Source: an uncultured delta proteobacterium (GTDB taxonomy: Bacteria > Myxococcota_A > Polyangia > Fen-1088). Taken from it: a stretch of DNA of 64,000 nucleotides. Position numbers and translations under genes: made by a program. The first letter of the stretch is position 1; the number at the start of each line of letters is the position of its first letter. Below are positions 62,002 through 64,000 of the stretch, one piece after another. The stretch spans positions 192,001 to 256,000 of the forward strand of contig CAWCMR010000011.1 of assembly GCA_963796685.1 (NCBI GenBank), read 5' to 3'. The notes beneath the pieces are model-generated. The model saw only the letters and a program-made list of their open reading frames with translations, ran no database searches and had not been told where the DNA came from.

Positions 62002-63660
62002 TCAAGGGGAAGCAATGTCAAATGCGCCCTTTGGTGCCACGGCAGTGAGGGTCACTTTGGGAGACCCGCCTCCCTCTGGACAGATGCTGGTCAGTGTCGC
62101 ACTTGTGGAGAGGGCTGAGTTCGTATTCGGCGGATCGGAGACAACGCGGGTCGTATTGATGCATCCGTGGGTGGTGTCTCTGACGGCGTCGTAGTCTCCC
62201 CAGCCCACGCCGAAGTAGGCGGACTGCCCGGGTGACAGGGGCACATTGTGGGGACCCGGGTCGTTGATTTGGTAAGAGGCGCCGTATGAGACGCCTATGG
62301 TCTCGACAGATCCGGACATGCCGAGTGCCTGAAATCCTGGGTATCCGAAGATCGAGCATGCCGTGCCGGAGATATTCGCCAGCCGGAAGAACGCGCCCGC
62401 CTGGCTTGCGAGACCTCGCAGCGTCTTGTCCAGGCTGAGCCGCAGCTGGTTGGCACGGCATCCTGTCGTTGGTTCCGGCGGTGACGCGATCTCTGTCCAC
62501 GTGTTGCCGTCGGTGGTGCGCCACAGGCCGTCTCCGGCTGCGGCCCAGCCATGGTCGGCGTCGAGAAATGAGACGTAGGGCGGACCGAGCGCGTCGCAAT
62601 TCGGATCGTTGTAGGCAACGTGCCAGTGCAGCCCACCGTCGGTCGTGGCGAGCAGTCCGCCCCGGTCCTCAGCAAGCCAGGCGCGGTCAGGCTCCGAGGC
62701 GAGGACGCTCAGCGGACCGAATTCGCCAACCGGGGAGATGGTCCCAGTTCCCTGGTTGGGACTTCCGTCGTTCGCAGACGCCATGAGGGCCCAGTGCGCC
62801 CCGCCGTCGTGTGACCGGTAGACCCACTTGGCGGACATGTCGGTCGCTGGTTGTCCGAATTGGACCAGCCATAGGTCACTCTCAGAGAGAGCCACCAGGT
62901 CGGACCAGTCGGCTACCCCCGTGCAGCCTTGGGGGAGGGAGAGCCTCTCCCAGGTTCTCCCGCCGTCTTCGGTCCGAGCCAGATCTCCGGGCTTCGAGCC
63001 GCTCGGGGCGTTCTGCCCACAACCCAGGACGTACGCCACGTCGACGCTGACCCGGGTCAGGAGCGACGGCTCGGGTATTGGTGGTTGGACTGTCTTCAGC
63101 CAGGTGATCCCACCATCGGTGCTGGACTGCAGCACATTCGACGACGAAATCGCCCAGATGCTGGTGCCGATCGGCGACACGGCCTCAGAGCCCGAGTCGA
63201 GGCTCAGAGATAGCGACCAACGCTGTCCTCCGTCGTGGGTGACGTCGAGGCCTTGGGAGCCCCAGGCGTAACCGTCGTCGACGTCGATGAACTCCAGGGT
63301 GGAGGCCCATGCCGGAAGCGGCGTCGGCGTGGCAACCTGCCACATGGCTCCGCCGTTTTCGGTCACAACGAGCTGTTGAACTGGCGACAGCTCGGTCGTG
63401 TCGAACTCAATGAGTCCATAGCCATGGGTCGATGAGATGAAGGAGAGCGGCCCCACTCGGTACCCCGGCACCGGCGTCCCGGCCGTGAGAGGAGGGGAAG
63501 GATTCTGAGGACCTGTCGTCTCCGGAGACGTCGGAGATGATCCAACCTGCGATGAGGTAGACGATGTCGTGGCACGTGAGCTTCGGGGCGAGGAGCACGA
63601 CGTACCAAGACCAATCAGGATTGCGACGACGATTCCGAGAACTTCAAGACGGCGAACCAT
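62002..63660 (-). CDS. Exported (lipo)protein with BNR/YCF48-like propeller and DUF4232-like C-terminus
   Basis: Signal peptide with Cys; repeated T/S-x-DGG-x-x-W; CRANQL...NISGTACSIFGYP...LSPGQSAYF. Confidence 0.82.
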   Translation of the reverse strand: MVRRLEVLGIVVAILIGLGTSCSSPRSSRATTSSTSSQVGSSPTSPETTGPQNPSPPLTAGTPVPGYRVGPLSFISSTHGYGLIEFDTTELSPVQQLVVTENGGAMWQVATPTPLPAWASTLEFIDVDDGYAWGSQGLDVTHDGGQRWSLSLSLDSGSEAVSPIGTSIWAISSSNVLQSSTDGGITWLKTVQPPIPEPSLLTRVSVDVAYVLGCGQNAPSGSKPGDLARTEDGGRTWERLSLPQGCTGVADWSDLVALSESDLWLVQFGQPATDMSAKWVYRSHDGGAHWALMASANDGSPNQGTGTISPVGEFGPLSVLASEPDRAWLAEDRGGLLATTDGGLHWHVAYNDPNCDALGPPYVSFLDADHGWAAAGDGLWRTTDGNTWTEIASPPEPTTGCRANQLRLSLDKTLRGLASQAGAFFRLANISGTACSIFGYPGFQALGMSGSVETIGVSYGASYQINDPGPHNVPLSPGQSAYFGVGWGDYDAVRDTTHGCINTTRVVSDPPNTNSALSTSATLTSICPEGGGSPKVTLTAVAPKGAFDIASP

Positions 63661-64000
63661 CGCTCAATGCCGAGTCAAAGGTAGCAGGTCCATGGTGTCT
63701 TCACGCTTCACGATACGGCTACGTTGGCACGCGCTCTAGATCCCAGACGAGGTGCTCCTTGCCGTGCGGAACGCAGAAGTGGCGCAGATCGTGTTGGGTA
63801 ACGCATGAAAAGTCCTGGGGCGAGGCTTGCGCCTCACCCCAGGACCAGCTGCCAATGCCCTGGGACTTCGCCTATGGAAGCTTGATCATCCCGTGGGTCG
63901 CCACGAGCTTCTTGAGCCCATGCTTTCCTGCCGCTAGACCAGCGACCGCCAAGGCGCCTTCCGCACTGTAGGCGAAGCTGTGGTCGACAACAGTGCCCGC

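Noticed and set aside
63873-64000. Partial minus-strand ORF at the window edge
   Set aside because: About 40 codons with no identifiable motif

Overview
GC-rich bacterial DNA that appears to join two unrelated genomes near 24,888. The left 25 kb looks like Myxococcota (Polyangia-type). It holds an IS remnant, a sigma54 activator, a sigma54-promoted operon (MYXO-CTERM-like lipoprotein plus an Lgt paralogue), and a decaying restriction-modification island (Vsr, truncated REase, C5 methylase, degenerate XhoI/PaeR7I-like nuclease, DUF4160/DUF2442 pair). It also holds REP-like repeats, a diadenylate cyclase fusion, an ECF/anti-sigma/caspase/VWA-lipoprotein cassette, and a cytochrome oxidase + Rieske/cytochrome bc operon that is cut inside cox1. 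The right 39 kb looks like Actinomycetota (Acidimicrobiia-type) accessory DNA with many single-base frameshifts, probably long-read errors, plus some real deletions. The most interesting locus is 45.6-54.4 kb: two divergent, dissimilar PilV/PilW/PilX-like minor-pilin triplets around an ECF sigma/anti-sigma pair. Their intergenic DNA contains sigma28-like promoters, a duplicated SigD-like promoter (GTAAC-N17-GAT), a cluster of GGA-loop hairpins resembling CsrA sites, and a degenerate second copy of the anti-sigma N-terminus. All family assignments come from motif recognition by eye; no database searches were run.
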